Source of the DNA: Octopus vulgaris
Lineage: Eukaryota
Reading direction: 5' to 3'
Assembly: GCA_951406725.2 (NCBI GenBank)
Contig: OX597815.1
Span: 150,784,001-150,848,000 of the forward strand
Length of the DNA: 64,000 nt
Shown here piece after piece: positions 42,016 to 54,942 of this stretch. Numbering within the stretch: position 1 is the first letter of the stretch; each line of letters begins with the position of its first letter. The position numbers and the translations under genes were made by a program. A model generated the notes under the pieces. That model was given only the letters and a program-made list of their open reading frames with translations. It did no database searches and was not told the DNA's origin.

Positions 42016-42228
42016 GTGAAATAGAAAGATGAATAATCTTGTAGTAGATTAATCAAAAGTTTAACCGATACCTTAGTAGCAAAAATCACAGCAGTAAACA
42101 GCACGGTTGGAGGTACAACCATATGGTGTTGCAACCGTGCGTTGGTGCGGATAATTGAAATTAAAACATTATTGGTGAATTGAAGAAATGGAGCTGAACG
42201 CAGATTGAACAGAAATCGTTTTATTTCA

Positions 42229-42308
42229 TTCTACACGTGTTTCGAAAGGCACAAATGACCAAATTCCGATTGAATAATGGGACCATATTGTGTCTTTCTC
42301 TTCAGGAA
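42229..42308 (-). ncRNA. Minimal type I hammerhead ribozyme in the PLE pLTR
   Basis: UUC-CUGAAGA-GAAAGACACAA...UUGUGCCUUUC-GAAA-C(ACGU)G-UA-GAA, followed by AAUAAA. Confidence 0.9.
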
Positions 42309-42902
42309 GAAAATAGGAAATCCGTTGGAAAAACAAAAACAGAACAGAGGCGGAGCAAAAACAAATCGAACTATGCTCCTAAGAGCCCATGGCGAAACTG
42401 TTTATCAGTGTATGTTGAGAACCGGTGGCTGAAGAATTTAACGGGTCAGGCATCGGTCAATCATGTGGGTGAGGGTGTGTAGGTGTTCTTTGTGACCGAG
42501 AATAAAGTTCTGACTATTTAAGGAATATTGGATGTTTTATAAGGGGCGAGAAAAAATCTACTTAGAGACGTGTGTGTGTGTATACTGTTCTATATATGTG
42601 TGTGTTGGCGTAGGGGTAGAAAACATTTTTTGTGTACGTGTGTGCGTTTGATCGTTCGGCTGTCAGTGGCTACTGCCGTCAGAACCGTTGGGCGGCAGAA
42701 AAAAAATATATATATATTATGTTTTATGTGTGTGTGTGTTCATCTAAGCCTGCCTTGTCAAGGAAACCCCCCGCTGTGAAAAAACCAAGCCCCGTTTGTC
42801 TTACAGGAGTAATTCCCCTTGCAGTGGTTAATCGTAGATATCTTAAAGGCTATTTCAGAATTTGTTACCAAGGGCTATGGGTGCCGGTATTATTTATAAA
42901 CG

Positions 42903-44060
42903 CTATTTAAAAGCCAGATAAGTGTAGCGCCGCCAATGGGGGCATCGAAAAGCCGACTGTAAAAGCCCATTTACCATCCGGCCTCTGGCAAACAAAATAT
43001 GGAAGAGTTCGGAGACACAAAGGTTGCACTGCCTTCTGCCCCTATCAAATGGGAGGGCCACCGACAAAATTGACCATTCCAGCCTGTAGCTTAAGTTCGT
43101 ATCCTTCAGTCGCCATATTAGCTTACTGAGTCCCGTGGTCTGGCGCTTGTTCATGTCCCGAAAAGTTGCGTAATGGTTGGAGACACGCAAAGACAATCTT
43201 GAGGATGAGGCCCCTACATAAGTGAAGACATCTGAGTCCGTGTAAACCTTGCATTTGTAGACGGCGTTTTTGATCTTGGAGTTCGCCGACGTGAATCTTA
43301 TTCTGCTAGGATTAGTTTCTGAAATTAGAACTGCGTTCCTGTCACTATATTCGTTCCGAGACCTGCAGCCGCTTACTACTCTATTTTCCACTACGTCACT
43401 ATTAACTATAGGAATAACCCCTGATTCTCCACTATCTATCAGAGTGCTGTCATTGCTACTGCCCGTGGTGCTGCTATTGCGGGAAATGATGCTGGGGATG
43501 CTATTGGGGCTCTCTACCCTACTCCCATTGTTACCGTCAACCACAACACCCCTATTTATAACTATACCCCTAGTGGGTACTCCCTGGCTGGAGCTGAGAT
43601 TATGTGTCACTGTACTGGCTCTCATATCATTATTACTACTATAACTATTCCTACTGAGCATTAAACCGGGAGCGGAAGAGGCTGTGCCTCCGGAAAAAGG
43701 TGATAGGGTCTTAGTAAGTAGCCTATTATTATGGGAGGCGATTATCTGGGCGAGGTTTTTAGTGTTGGAGAAAGCTATCCTAACTTTATGCGAGTTAACC
43801 GTGGAGTAATATTTGGAATTTCTGGGGAAGTTATTGGCGATGGCTTGTCTAAACATGAGGGGGAGGTTAGTTCTAATCTGCTTACCAAAGGGGATTACAA
43901 ACCATATATGCTTATTCCTATCAGTGTGATGGGTCGGGACGCCAGCTCTCGCGTTCGGGTGGGTGATTCTCGGATGAACAACGGGTCTTGGGTTAGTGTA
44001 AGACCTCCCGGACCGATAATTATCCTTGTTCGCTAAATTAAATGCGGGAGCGACTACCCC
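42903..44060 (-). CDS. PLE ORF C-terminal part: RT thumb/linker plus GIY-YIG endonuclease (Naiad-like)
   Basis: Frame stays open from the inversion junction past the listed start at 43856; HIWFVIPFGK..TN, SHNNRLL, AVYKC...YVG...R..NH...WSIL...CNLC.SE...N...CPH. Confidence 0.9.
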   Translation of the reverse strand, partial: GVVAPAFNLANKDNYRSGRSYTNPRPVVHPRITHPNARAGVPTHHTDRNKHIWFVIPFGKQIRTNLPLMFRQAIANNFPRNSKYYSTVNSHKVRIAFSNTKNLAQIIASHNNRLLTKTLSPFSGGTASSAPGLMLSRNSYSSNNDMRASTVTHNLSSSQGVPTRGIVINRGVVVDGNNGSRVESPNSIPSIISRNSSTTGSSNDSTLIDSGESGVIPIVNSDVVENRVVSGCRSRNEYSDRNAVLISETNPSRIRFTSANSKIKNAVYKCKVYTDSDVFTYVGASSSRLSLRVSNHYATFRDMNKRQTTGLSKLIWRLKDTNLSYRLEWSILSVALPFDRGRRQCNLCVSELFHILFARGRMVNGLLQSAFRCPHWRRYTYLAFK

Positions 44061-44066
44061 GGGGTA

Positions 44067-44381
44067 GTAGGGGCCTCATCCTCAAGATTGTCTTTGCGTG
44101 TCTCCAACCATTACGCAACTTTTCGGGACATGAACAAGCGCCAGACCACGGGACTCAGTAAGCTAATATGGCGACTGAAGGATACGAACTTAAGCTACAG
44201 GCTGGAATGGTCAATTTTGTCGGTGGCCCTCCCATTTGATAGGGGCAGAAGGCAGTGCAACCTTTGTGTCTCCGAACTCTTCCATATTTTGTTTGCCAGA
44301 GGCCGGATGGTAAATGGGCTTTTACAGTCGGCTTTTCGATGCCCCCATTGGCGGCGCTACACTTATCTGGCTTTTAAATAG
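44067..44381 (+). pseudogene. Inverted duplicate of the GIY-YIG C-terminal ~100 codons
   Basis: Translation identical to the end of the minus-strand ORF. Confidence 0.9.
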
Positions 44382-44974
44382 CGTTTATAAATAATACCGG
44401 CACCCATAGCCCTTGGTAACAAATTCTGAAATAGCCTTTAAGATATCTACGATTAGCCACTGCAAGGGGAATTACTCCTGTAAGACAAACGGGGCTTGGT
44501 TTTTTCACAGCGGGGGGTTTCCTTGACAAGGCAGGCTTAGATGAACACACACACACATAAAACATAATATATATATTTTTTTTTCTGCCACCCAACGGTT
44601 CTGACGGCAGTAGCCACTGACAGCCGAACGATCAAACGCACACACGTACACAAAAAATGTTTTCTACCCCTACGCCAACACACACATATATAGAACAGTA
44701 TACACACACACACGTCTCTAAGTAGATTTTTTCTCGCCCCTTATAAAACATCCAATATTCCTTAAATAGTCAGAACTTTATTCTCGGTCACAAAGAACAC
44801 CTACACACCCTCACCCACATGATTTACCGATGCCTGACCCGTTAAATTCTTCAGCCACCGGTTCTCAACATACACTGATAAACAGTTTCGCCATGGGCTC
44901 TTAGGAGCATAGTTCGATTTGTTTTTGCTCCGCCTCTGTTCTGTTTTTGTTTTTCCAACGGATTTCCTATTTTC

Positions 44975-45054
44975 TTCCTGAAGAGAAAGACACAATATGG
45001 TCCCATTATTCAATCGGAATTTGGTAATTTGTGCCTTTCGAAACACGTGTAGAA
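44975..45054 (+). ncRNA. Minimal type I hammerhead ribozyme (inverted arm copy)
   Basis: Same motif as 42229-42308 on the opposite strand. Confidence 0.9.
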
Positions 45055-45112
45055 TGAAATAAAACGATTTCTGTTCAATCTGCGTTCAGCTCCATTTCTT
45101 CAATTCACCAAT

Positions 45113-45199
<87 letters not shown>

Positions 45200-46247
45200 C
45201 GTGTGAGTGTATTTACACACATAGATAGATAGATAGAGAGAGAGAGTGAGAGAGAGAGAAAGAGAGAGAGATGATCATTTATCACTTTAACGTTGATTCG
45301 TTCATCACTGATCCGAGATGACACTATATGCTGAATTGTTACCCGTTACGCATATCACGAATTGATCTGTGATAATACAGGTCTGTGAACAAAGAATATG
45401 TTTGAAGCGCAAACATACGCCCCAGAAATCATCCACTATGTTTGGGACTGCTTGGGATCTTGGAAAGAAACCTATTTTCCCCATATTTTATTATTCATTT
45501 ATTACTGATTCATTTAATACAGTGCTTCTTTTTGCCAAACACCCGTGATAAGCATGGATCAGTATCTTACCTTTAATGTCTATCTAAATTTATCTTTCCT
45601 TGATTGTATTTATTATTCGTTATGGGTGATTGTCATTTCTAGTTGATTAGTATTGATTTATTTTTCTTGACATTCATTCACATTCCCTGAATAGTTTTGT
45701 GGGAAGAATTGGCTTTATTGAGAGCCCTCGAATCCTCTTCAAACCAAATAACGGCTATGTGTTAGTTGTGCTTTTTCAGAAACCACAAGCGGACAACATA
45801 GATGACACAAGTCCAAGAAAATAATTCCAGAGTTGCAACGATTCAGAGACGAGAGATTTGGCAAAATGGCTTGCATTAAGTCTGGGGGTGGATGAATAAA
45901 ATACAAGTGAGAGAAAAAAAGATAAACACGTGGTGCAGATAGGTATGAGTTTAGGTAGCACGAGACCAGTCAGACTTGGGGAGCCTCGTACAACGGTAGA
46001 AATAGCAGAAAGAGGAAGCAGTATGTCCGTCAGTTAGAGTGTTTTTGTGAGGCGTTCTATACAAATCAGTGGGTGAGGTAGCGCTTTAATTTTTTTATGT
46101 CGTCTAAGACACACACATGTACAGCAGCAGTTGTAGTGTCCAAGATATAGGATTGGTATTTCCATTGGTGGTCTCTTTCGCGAATATAGCTCCATTTGAT
46201 CGATGTTATCCTCCTTTATCAATCTTAAATCATTTATTCAGAAAAAC

Positions 46248-46442
46248 TACTGTCACTTTACCATGACTTCTGTCGCATTGACAGTAATCAGTAATCGCCA
46301 AGTTTAACATTTCCGCGACTTTGACAACACTGCTGTCACTCTGACAACACTAGTCTCATTGTGATAACTCATTTTGACAACATTGATGTCACTTTGACGA
46401 AACCGCTGTCACTTTGACAAGACAGCTGTAGCGTTGACAGAA
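46248..46442. repeat. Degenerate ~21 bp minisatellite (tgctgtcactttgacaacac) with an internal palindrome
   Basis: About 8-9 imperfect units containing tgtca-N3-tgaca. Confidence 0.7.
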
Positions 46443-47096
46443 AATGTCTAAATGAGTGCATTTTTGCCCGTATACGTATGTGTGCGAGTGGTGTGTACCT
46501 GTGCAATGAGCGCTACATAGGCTGTAAAGTAACAAAGATATGTCAAAATTGTAGCAGTCATAGAAAACTAATCAAGTTTTCCTAATTTTAGTACTTCATG
46601 CGACATCATATCTGCTTGGTTTCTAAAAACAGAGATTCCCATTATTGCTTTCATTCTCACCATTCTGCATGCATATGGTAATTTATTATCGGTTCGGCAG
46701 ACATAAGCAGATTTTGTTTGCAAAATTCAATAAACAAAAGCCTTCACCCTTCTTTATATTCATTGATCCAAAGATTTGATACACCACGATGTATCAAAGC
46801 TCCCATGTATCAATGAATCTAATGCTTTGTCTGAGCTACCTTCTGTAGCCATAGTAAAATAATTGGAAATTTCTGGCTTCGCTGCTGTCACTATATGCTG
46901 CAGTAGAATGGATGTTTAGCAGACAGTCAGGTTAACATCCGCGACTGCAACTTTCTCCTCTGGATTTAAACTAGCCATTTCGGCTTTTTGAAAAGTTCCA
47001 GGGCAAGAAAGGAAATACTTTTTGAAACATATGGGCAAATATATGTAACCTCTGCAGCGCTTGCTTGGTCACTTACGGAAACTAATGATCAGTTTT

Positions 47097-47448
47097 TATT
47101 ATTACCTCTACCTAGCGAAGGTGGAGGTATTGTTTTTCAGTTGTGTTTGTTTGCTTGTTTGTTTGTTTGTCCGCGGACAAGATATCTCAAGAACCGCTAT
47201 TTAGTCTCGTGACTGACACGAACTGATTAGATTTTGGTATCTATCCGGTACCGGACAAAGATTCTGGATTATTTTTCCTGTATTTTTACTTAATTTTTGA
47301 GAGTGGTCCAGTTCATTTTCAGTATTCCCGTTTGTGAGAGCAGTCGAACTTATTTCAGATATTCTAATTTACAAAATCACCTCCGGCTAATCGTTGAGAG
47401 GACGTCGATGTTGCCATGGCGGAGGTTTGCGCTCCCTGAGTGCTCTTT
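47097..47448 (+). mobile_element. Non-autonomous Helentron (HINE/DINE-1-like) element
   Basis: 5' ttattacctctacc with adjacent inverted copy ggtggaggta, (gttt)n, 3' subterminal ggcggaggt and terminal hairpin gcgctc-cct-gagtgc; T-rich flanks. Confidence 0.7.
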
Positions 47449-48054
47449 TTATTATTGTTATTATCATTATTAATATCATTATCATCACTACCTTTGTCAT
47501 TATTAAAAAAATGTCACCATTAAAAAAATCTTCATGTTCACATACATGATATTACGTAAGTGTTATTTCAATCATTAATTCCACGTAATATTCAGAAGTT
47601 ACGTGTAAAATGAATATTATATTATATTATATTACCAGATTTTTATGCATTTAACATAGTCGCTACCAGGTTCCCAGTAAATTTCAGTATTGTTTCGGCA
47701 ATATTCTCCGATTAATTTTTCATATTTTGGGGAGTTATGGTTGTAGGCGTAAAGAAAATAATTTTTCAGAAATATATGAAAAAATGTGTGTGATGTTAAT
47801 TTCATTAGCAGGAACTTTATCTAAACGTATGGTGACCACAAATCCTAAATCTCAAGAGGCTTTCTTAGAATTCTTGCGGAATATAGAAATGATGGTTTTC
47901 TGCAAGTCGACAATGCAGGTTTCAGTTCTAACCTTTTTTAGTCTCTTTTTAAGGGAGCATTTTTCGTGTTGTGCCAAGTCATCCAGTTACCTCAACAATA
48001 ATTGCTATCTTAGCCTTTCAGTATCTTCAGCTTTCTGGTTTTCGATTTTTTCCA

Positions 48055-48151
<97 letters not shown>

Positions 48152-48387
48152 TCATAATTAGTTTAGGCGGTCGGCTGGCAGAATCGTTAGCTCGCCGAGC
48201 AAAATGCTTAGCGGCATACTGTTCGGCGCTGCATTCTGAGTTCGAATTCCACCGAGATCGACTTTGCCTTTCATCCTTTCGGGGCCATTTAAATAAGTAA
48301 CAGTTACGCACTAGGGGCCTTAATAATCCTTTCCCCCAAATTTGAGGCGTTGTGCTTCCAGTAGAAACAATTATTATTATTATTTGT

Positions 48388-48900
48388 TGTTGTTGGCCTT
48401 GCACAGCTTCTAACGCTGGAGATGTACTACGGTGTCAGCTGTTCACTACCAGTGAACTAAGGTAGCACCTCTCATTTTTCGAGCACCTTCCGGAATATTC
48501 GAGCGGTTCCAAGCAGTGCTGCTTACTGCAAGTGCTCCACCCTTATTGCAGACCCTATTTGTTCCACGTACTTCTCGAGGGTTTTGCTCACTGTTCCCAG
48601 GGCTCCGGCAATTATTGGTACTACTACTACCGTTTTCATTGACCACAACTGCTTAACTTCCCAAGCTAACCTGTCATATCTCTCAACTTTTCTTTCTTCC
48701 TTATCGCATATCTTGTTGTTAGCTGGGCATGCTATATCTATGATCCAGCATAGTTTGTTTTCTTTCCCAATTAACACTATATCCGACTTCCTATTCTCAA
48801 TCTCATGGTCGCATTGAATCATAAAATCCCATAGGATCTTTGCATTTCTATTTTCGACGATGCCTTCAGGTTTGTGGTCGTACTAATCTTTTGCTCTATC
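48388..48900 (-). mobile_element. R4/Dong-like LINE 3' end (RLE domain)
   Basis: ILWDFMIQCDHEIENRKSDIVLI...IIDIACP...KEERKVERY; flanked by (TAA)n. Confidence 0.9.
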
Positions 48901-48925
48901 ATTATCATTATTATCATCATCATCA

Positions 48926-48990
<65 letters not shown>

Positions 48991-49797
48991 TAAGGCGGCG
49001 AACTGGCAGAATAGATAGCGCGCCGAGCAAAATGTTTACCGGCATTTCGCCTGTCGCTAACGTTCTGAGTTCAAATTCAGCCGAGGTCGAATTTACTACT
49101 CATCCTTTCGAGGTCGATAAAATAAGTTTCAGTTGTGTACTGGGGTCAATGTAATCGACTGGCCCCCTCCCCTAAAATTCAGGCCTTGTGCCTAGAGTAG
49201 AAAGGATCATTAGATATAATAAAATAAATCATTGTTAAGGCGACAACTTAGCTTAATCGTTGGCTAACACTTAAGGTTCTGAGTTCAAATCGCGCCGCAG
49301 TCTACTTTCCTTTCATCTTTCCGCAGTCGATAAGATATGTTACTTGTCAATCAGTTGAGTCGATATAATCGATTACCATCTTCCTACGATTTTGGCCTTG
49401 ATCGAAAATTTGAAACAATTATCATCATCATCATCATCATCAACCATTATTGTATTTATCTGTTAGACAAAGGAAGAGAGGCAATCTCTATTCCTTTGCA
49501 GGTCCTTTCGACCAGATGGAACCATTGCGGTTTGATCTCGGTTTGGACGTCTGCAGAAGAAATCCAAAACTGAAGGATATCAGGTAGTTTGGATACCCGA
49601 AGGTGTGTCTTTAACAGGGCGGGGGTGAGATGTCAGACAGTTTAGACATATTTAGATCGTTGCCAGCCGGAACAACAAATGGTCGAACAAAACAATCGAA
49701 GTTTGTAGGACAAGTTCATTGTTAGATTAAGTGATTTTGACATTCTATACAATGTCACAAACAATGATAGAGACAGACGGTAGACTCAGATCGGCCT

Positions 49798-49884
<87 letters not shown>

Positions 49885-49912
49885 CAGCAGCAGCAGCAGC
49901 AGCAGCAGTAGC

Positions 49913-49972
<60 letters not shown>

Positions 49973-50009
49973 GGTGGTGGTGGTGGTGGTGGTGGTGGTG
50001 GTAGTGGTG

Positions 50010-50045
<36 letters not shown>

Positions 50046-51107
50046 GTTGTAGTAGCAGCAGCAGTAGTAGTAGTAGTAGTAGTAGTGTGAAGAAAAAAGC
50101 GTCTGTGAACTGTCCAGGTAAAATGCTAAATAAATGTTTTCAGAATGTCTTTATTGCAAGATTAAATAATTGTGACATAGTAGAAATAAGAAAGGAAGAC
50201 GGATGTTCCAGTTCAGTCTGTTGTATAAAGAAGAGATGGTAGCAATAGGGAACTCTTTTGAAAATAAGTCTTCTGAATCAAGATTGCCCAGTGTGTAAGT
50301 CACCGGAAATAGTACTCAAATCTTTTTCATACCAAGCGCTACTCTCTTCAGAAAGACACATTGGGTAACGTCTTCTGAGATATATTATGACTATAAAAGA
50401 GAGATAGGGTGATAAAAGGAAACCCTTTGATAGATCTGTGAAACTAAGTCTGAACTGAGCCTGAGCAACTAAAAATAGAAAGTAAGTCATCTTTAAAAAA
50501 TATAGGAATACATTGTACAGTGTGTTTTATAAATATGGCACACATTTTCTTTGTACGGTTTGTAATTTATTCGTAACAAATAAACTTCTTCCAGACTTAT
50601 GTTTAAAATGTGTCAACATCATTATGAAGCGCCCGATAAAATGTAGCTCTAAATTGCCAAAAAAGGGGCCTGTCCGCGGTCAATTGTAAAGGGGTATTGC
50701 TTTTACACGATAATACAAGACTACAAGTTAATCAGGTTATTCAGAAAGAGATTGGAACTTTTACTTCATTCTCCTTACTCTCTTGAATTTGTTTCAATTA
50801 TCATCTTTTCAGATCATTGCAGTATTATTTGAAGAGAAAGTAGGCTTTTTTTATATCATAAAGAGCTTCGAAATGATATTGAGAGTTATTTTGTTTGTTT
50901 TTTTGGCTTCGAAAGCTGGCGTATTTTACGCCCGAGGGATCAACAATTATCCAAATAGTTGGGATTGTGGTTTTAATGATAAGGAAAATATTATATTGAT
51001 TAAATCTATCTTTTAAGACCAAAGAAGTACTTGTTTCTTTCACATCTTGAAATGCGGCAAGACTTTCTTTTCGGCTTCTCTGTAACTAATGCCGAGTAAT
51101 AATAAAA

Positions 51108-51143
<36 letters not shown>

Positions 51144-51385
51144 TCGTGTTTTAAATTCAGTTTTCTTGTTTGCATCACCAAATATATATACACACACATA
51201 CATTCACACACACGCACACAGACATATATATCTATATATGCAGACAGAAATACACACATACATGTGTTGGATTTATTGCTTTGGCTAAAACATTTGAATA
51301 TATACACATATATATTTATATATTTATAAACATATAGAGACAGAGTGGTGGGGAGAAAAGAGGGGAGAGGAAGAAATCTAGAGAC

Positions 51386-51456
<71 letters not shown>

Positions 51457-51539
51457 CAGCTAGATAGACACAGACATACATACATACAGACAGACAGACA
51501 GACAGACAGACAGATAGACATACAGACAGACAGACAAAC

Positions 51540-51614
<75 letters not shown>

Positions 51615-52435
51615 TTTGCTTTCGTTTAATCATTGTTTTTGGCCTCAGTAAACATTAATCTACATAAAGTATTTGAAGATTTAAACGAAGAAGACACTTT
51701 TAAATACATTTAAAATAATACTGAAAAAATGTGTTATTCGTAAAAGCAATTTTTTTTCTTTTTCCTAATCGACGTAAGAGGAAAAAAATTTTTTTCCCCA
51801 TTTTCTAAATTTTTCAATACATTGAACAGTTAAATTCATACAGTTTTATGGGGAGGAAAGAAACACTATTTGTAATCGTAAATGTTTGTAACCATTAAAT
51901 TCACTTGATATATAGGTTTAAAATCACGATCGGGTGAATTCAGTTCGGGGTTTAAAAGAATCACGATAATAAAAGCTACAGACATTTATCTATAATAGAT
52001 AAAGTTTCTAAGATGTATGTCAATTCTTACAGAAGATTTTTGATTTCTCTTCTTGTCTCTTTAGGAGTTTGTTAACGATGGCTTACACACTCGGCGATCT
52101 TACAGTTGTGTGCGTTACATAATTTGCAGTAGTGTTCGTTAGTATATTGTAATGTATGTTACAGAATTTACTTTTGTCTCTGTCGATTCTACGAAATAAA
52201 TGATCGGATATATAAAACGAATATATAAATGTTTAATTATTGAAGCCTAAATAATCCTTCCTAGTATAAGCACAAGGCTTAAAAGTTTTGGAGACGGGGC
52301 TAGTCGATTACATCGCCCTCAGATTATATTTATGTGTATCTTTCAAATGCCGTCATATTGGCGCGCTGAGATCGGAAATTTACTCTGAAAAAGCCCTCTT
52401 GAACGGACTGAAAATTAATTGATAGTAACAATTTA

Positions 52436-53183
52436 TTCTTTTCTAGTCCAGACACAAGGCCCGAAATTTTGGGGGAGGGAACCAGTCGACTAGATCGACT
52501 CCAGTACGCAACAGGTTCTTAATTTATCGACCGCGAAAGGATGAAAGGCAAAGTCTACCTCAGCGGAATTTGAACTCAGAACGTAAAAACAGACGAAATA
52601 CCTATTTCTTTACTACCCGCAAGGGGCTAAACACAGAGAGAACAAACAAGAACAGACTAACGGATTAAGTCGATTATTTCGACCCCAGTGCGTAACTGGT
52701 GCTTAATTTATTGACCCCGAAAGGATGAAATGCAAAGTCGACTTCGGCGGAATTTGAACTCAGAACGCAGCGGCGGACGAAATACCGGTAAGCATTTCAC
52801 CCGGCGTACTAACGTTTCAGCTAGCTCACCGCCTTGTCAAACTCATTGTATTCTTTTCTACTCTGGACACAAGGCCCGAAATTTTGAAGGAGGGGTAAGT
52901 TGATTAGATCGACCCCTGTATGCAACGGGTACTTAATTTATCGACCCGACCTCGGCGGAATTTGAACTCAGAACATAAAGACAGACGAAATACCTATTTC
53001 TTTACTACACACAGAGGGGACAAACAAGGACAGATACACGGATTAAGTCGATTGCATCGACCCCAGTGCGTAACTGGCTTTTATTCAAGCAACCCCGAAA
53101 GAATGAAAGGCAAAGTCGACCTCGGCGGAATTTGAACTCAGAACGTAACGGCAGACGAAATACAGCTACGCGTTTCGCCCGGC
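52436..53183 (-). mobile_element. Two tandem dimeric SINE family 1 copies
   Basis: Repeated core and tail modules. Confidence 0.9.
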
Positions 53184-53731
53184 CTTATAGCAACAATTTA
53201 TTATCATTGTACAGTATCTAAGTTAATTTTGTTTTTAGTGACGTAAAGCATCGCTTACCTAGGTTTTGCTTCTGCAATTCTCTCCAGGATATAAATATTA
53301 TCAACAGTTTGAAATATAAAGTTTATAACTTTATATTTACATAGCTATTTGGATATTATGTTAACTGTCTGAGATGCATCCTGTCACTTGCAGGCTTACG
53401 GTTCCCCGTGTGAATGAGGAGTTTTTTTTCTTGTTTTGTTTGTTCCTTGTGCTTGCATTACATTCTCTTAGCTTGAGGCTATATATGACGAATATACTTT
53501 GTTTGATGAATGTTCAATATAATGTATTCTTTTCTTTTACTTGTTTCAGTCATTTGACTACGGCCATGCTGGAGCAGCAGCTTTAGTCGAACAAATCGAC
53601 CCCAGGACTTCTTTGCAAGACTAGTACTTATTCTGACGGTCTCTTTTCCAGAAACGCTAAGTCACAGTGACGCAAACACAACAAAATCGGTTGTCAAGCG
53701 ATGGAGGTGGGGCTAACACAGGCACACACAC

Positions 53732-53775
<44 letters not shown>

Positions 53776-53779
<4 letters not shown>

Positions 53780-54119
53780 GTAAATATAATATCTGACAAT
53801 TGTTCGGTAGCCATGATAAAACTCCGAGTTTCGGATGTCTGGGCGAAATCCACACCGGCATCTCTTCAGTTATGGGGCCATCGAAAAAAATGCTATGAAA
53901 ATGACCGTTAAAACAAAGGGGAATTAACGGTCATTTTCATAGTATTTTTCTTTTCGATGGCCCCATAACTGAAGAGATGCCAGCGTGGGTTTCCGCTCCG
54001 ACATCCGAAACTCGGAGTTATATCATGGCTACCGAAGAATTGTCACATATATTTACAGATAAATTCCTCTATTTACATACTATCGAGGTCTCTTTCATTC
54101 TCTTGTTGTCTTGTCATTT
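53776..54119 (+). mobile_element. Fold-back PLE-like mini-element with an HHR in both arms, inserted in the (TA)n of a family 2 SINE
   Basis: Arms 53776-53911 and 53924-54060, tail to 54119; AUAA-CUGAAGA-GAUG...CAUC-c-GAAA-CUCGGAG-UU-UUAU; SINE halves at 53525-53730 and 54143-54308. Confidence 0.85.
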
Positions 54120-54321
54120 ATATATATATATATATATATATATCGACGGGCTTCTTTCAGTTTCCGCCTACCAAATCCACTCACAAGGCTTTGGTCGGCT
54201 CGAGGCTATAGAAGAAGACACTTGCCCAAGGTGCAACGCAGTGGGACTGAACCCGGAACCATGTGGTTGGTAAGCAAGCTACTTACCGCACAGCCGCTCC
54301 TGCGCCTATGTGTATGATATA

Positions 54322-54390
<69 letters not shown>

Positions 54391-54600
54391 AGAGAGAGAG
54401 AGAGGGGGGAGAGAGATTTGTTATTTGTATATATCTTGTAAATAAATGTATATACCTTCTTAACAGCCCTTCTTGTCTTGTTATTTTCCTTGTCCTGTCT
54501 TTTACTGCTTATATTTTGTACTGTCGTTACTGTCCTGTTTTTGTTACCATTTTTACTCCTCTGCAAAAAGATCTCAAATTTTATTTGATTTGCTTTTCGC

Positions 54601-54695
54601 AGGAAGAAAAGTTTCTATCGAAGATACGTCTCGCCTTCACCTTCGAAACGTAGAGTAGATGAAACCATGGCGACTGAAGAAGGTGTTTTTTTCCT
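54601..54695 (+). ncRNA. Non-circularly permuted hammerhead-like motif, intact core (family B)
   Basis: GAAG..UACG-UC-UCGCC..CUUC-GAAA-CGUA..GGCGA-CUGAAGA; the paralog at 14507-14600 (-) shows compensatory changes. Confidence 0.75.
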
Positions 54696-54872
54696 TGTGT
54701 TATTTGTCCTGTACTCTTTTTTTTTTTTAAGAAAAATGTCCAGTTCCTTGGGTTGGTGTCTATATTTTCGTTTCTCATTGTGTTCGACGTTTTTTGGTGT
54801 CCTGTACTCATATATGCGTGTATATATACATGTAGAGGTAGGTACGTACATATATGTATATATATATGCATA

Positions 54873-54942
<70 letters not shown>

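Larger units (their letters stand above)
42014..45121 (-). mobile_element. Young 5'-truncated Penelope-like retroelement with an inverted partial duplicate, in (TA)n
   Basis: Near-identical inverted arms 42162-43217 and 44067-45121; unique tail 42014-42161; GIY-YIG ORF; HHR in each arm; (TA)n on both sides. Confidence 0.95.

Noticed and set aside
43270-43644. 124 aa hydrophobic plus-strand ORF
   Set aside because: It is the antisense shadow of the Ser/Asn-rich PLE linker
42903-44060. Selenoprotein-type PLE ORF
   Set aside because: No in-frame TGA in the retained fragment, and I did not identify a SECIS
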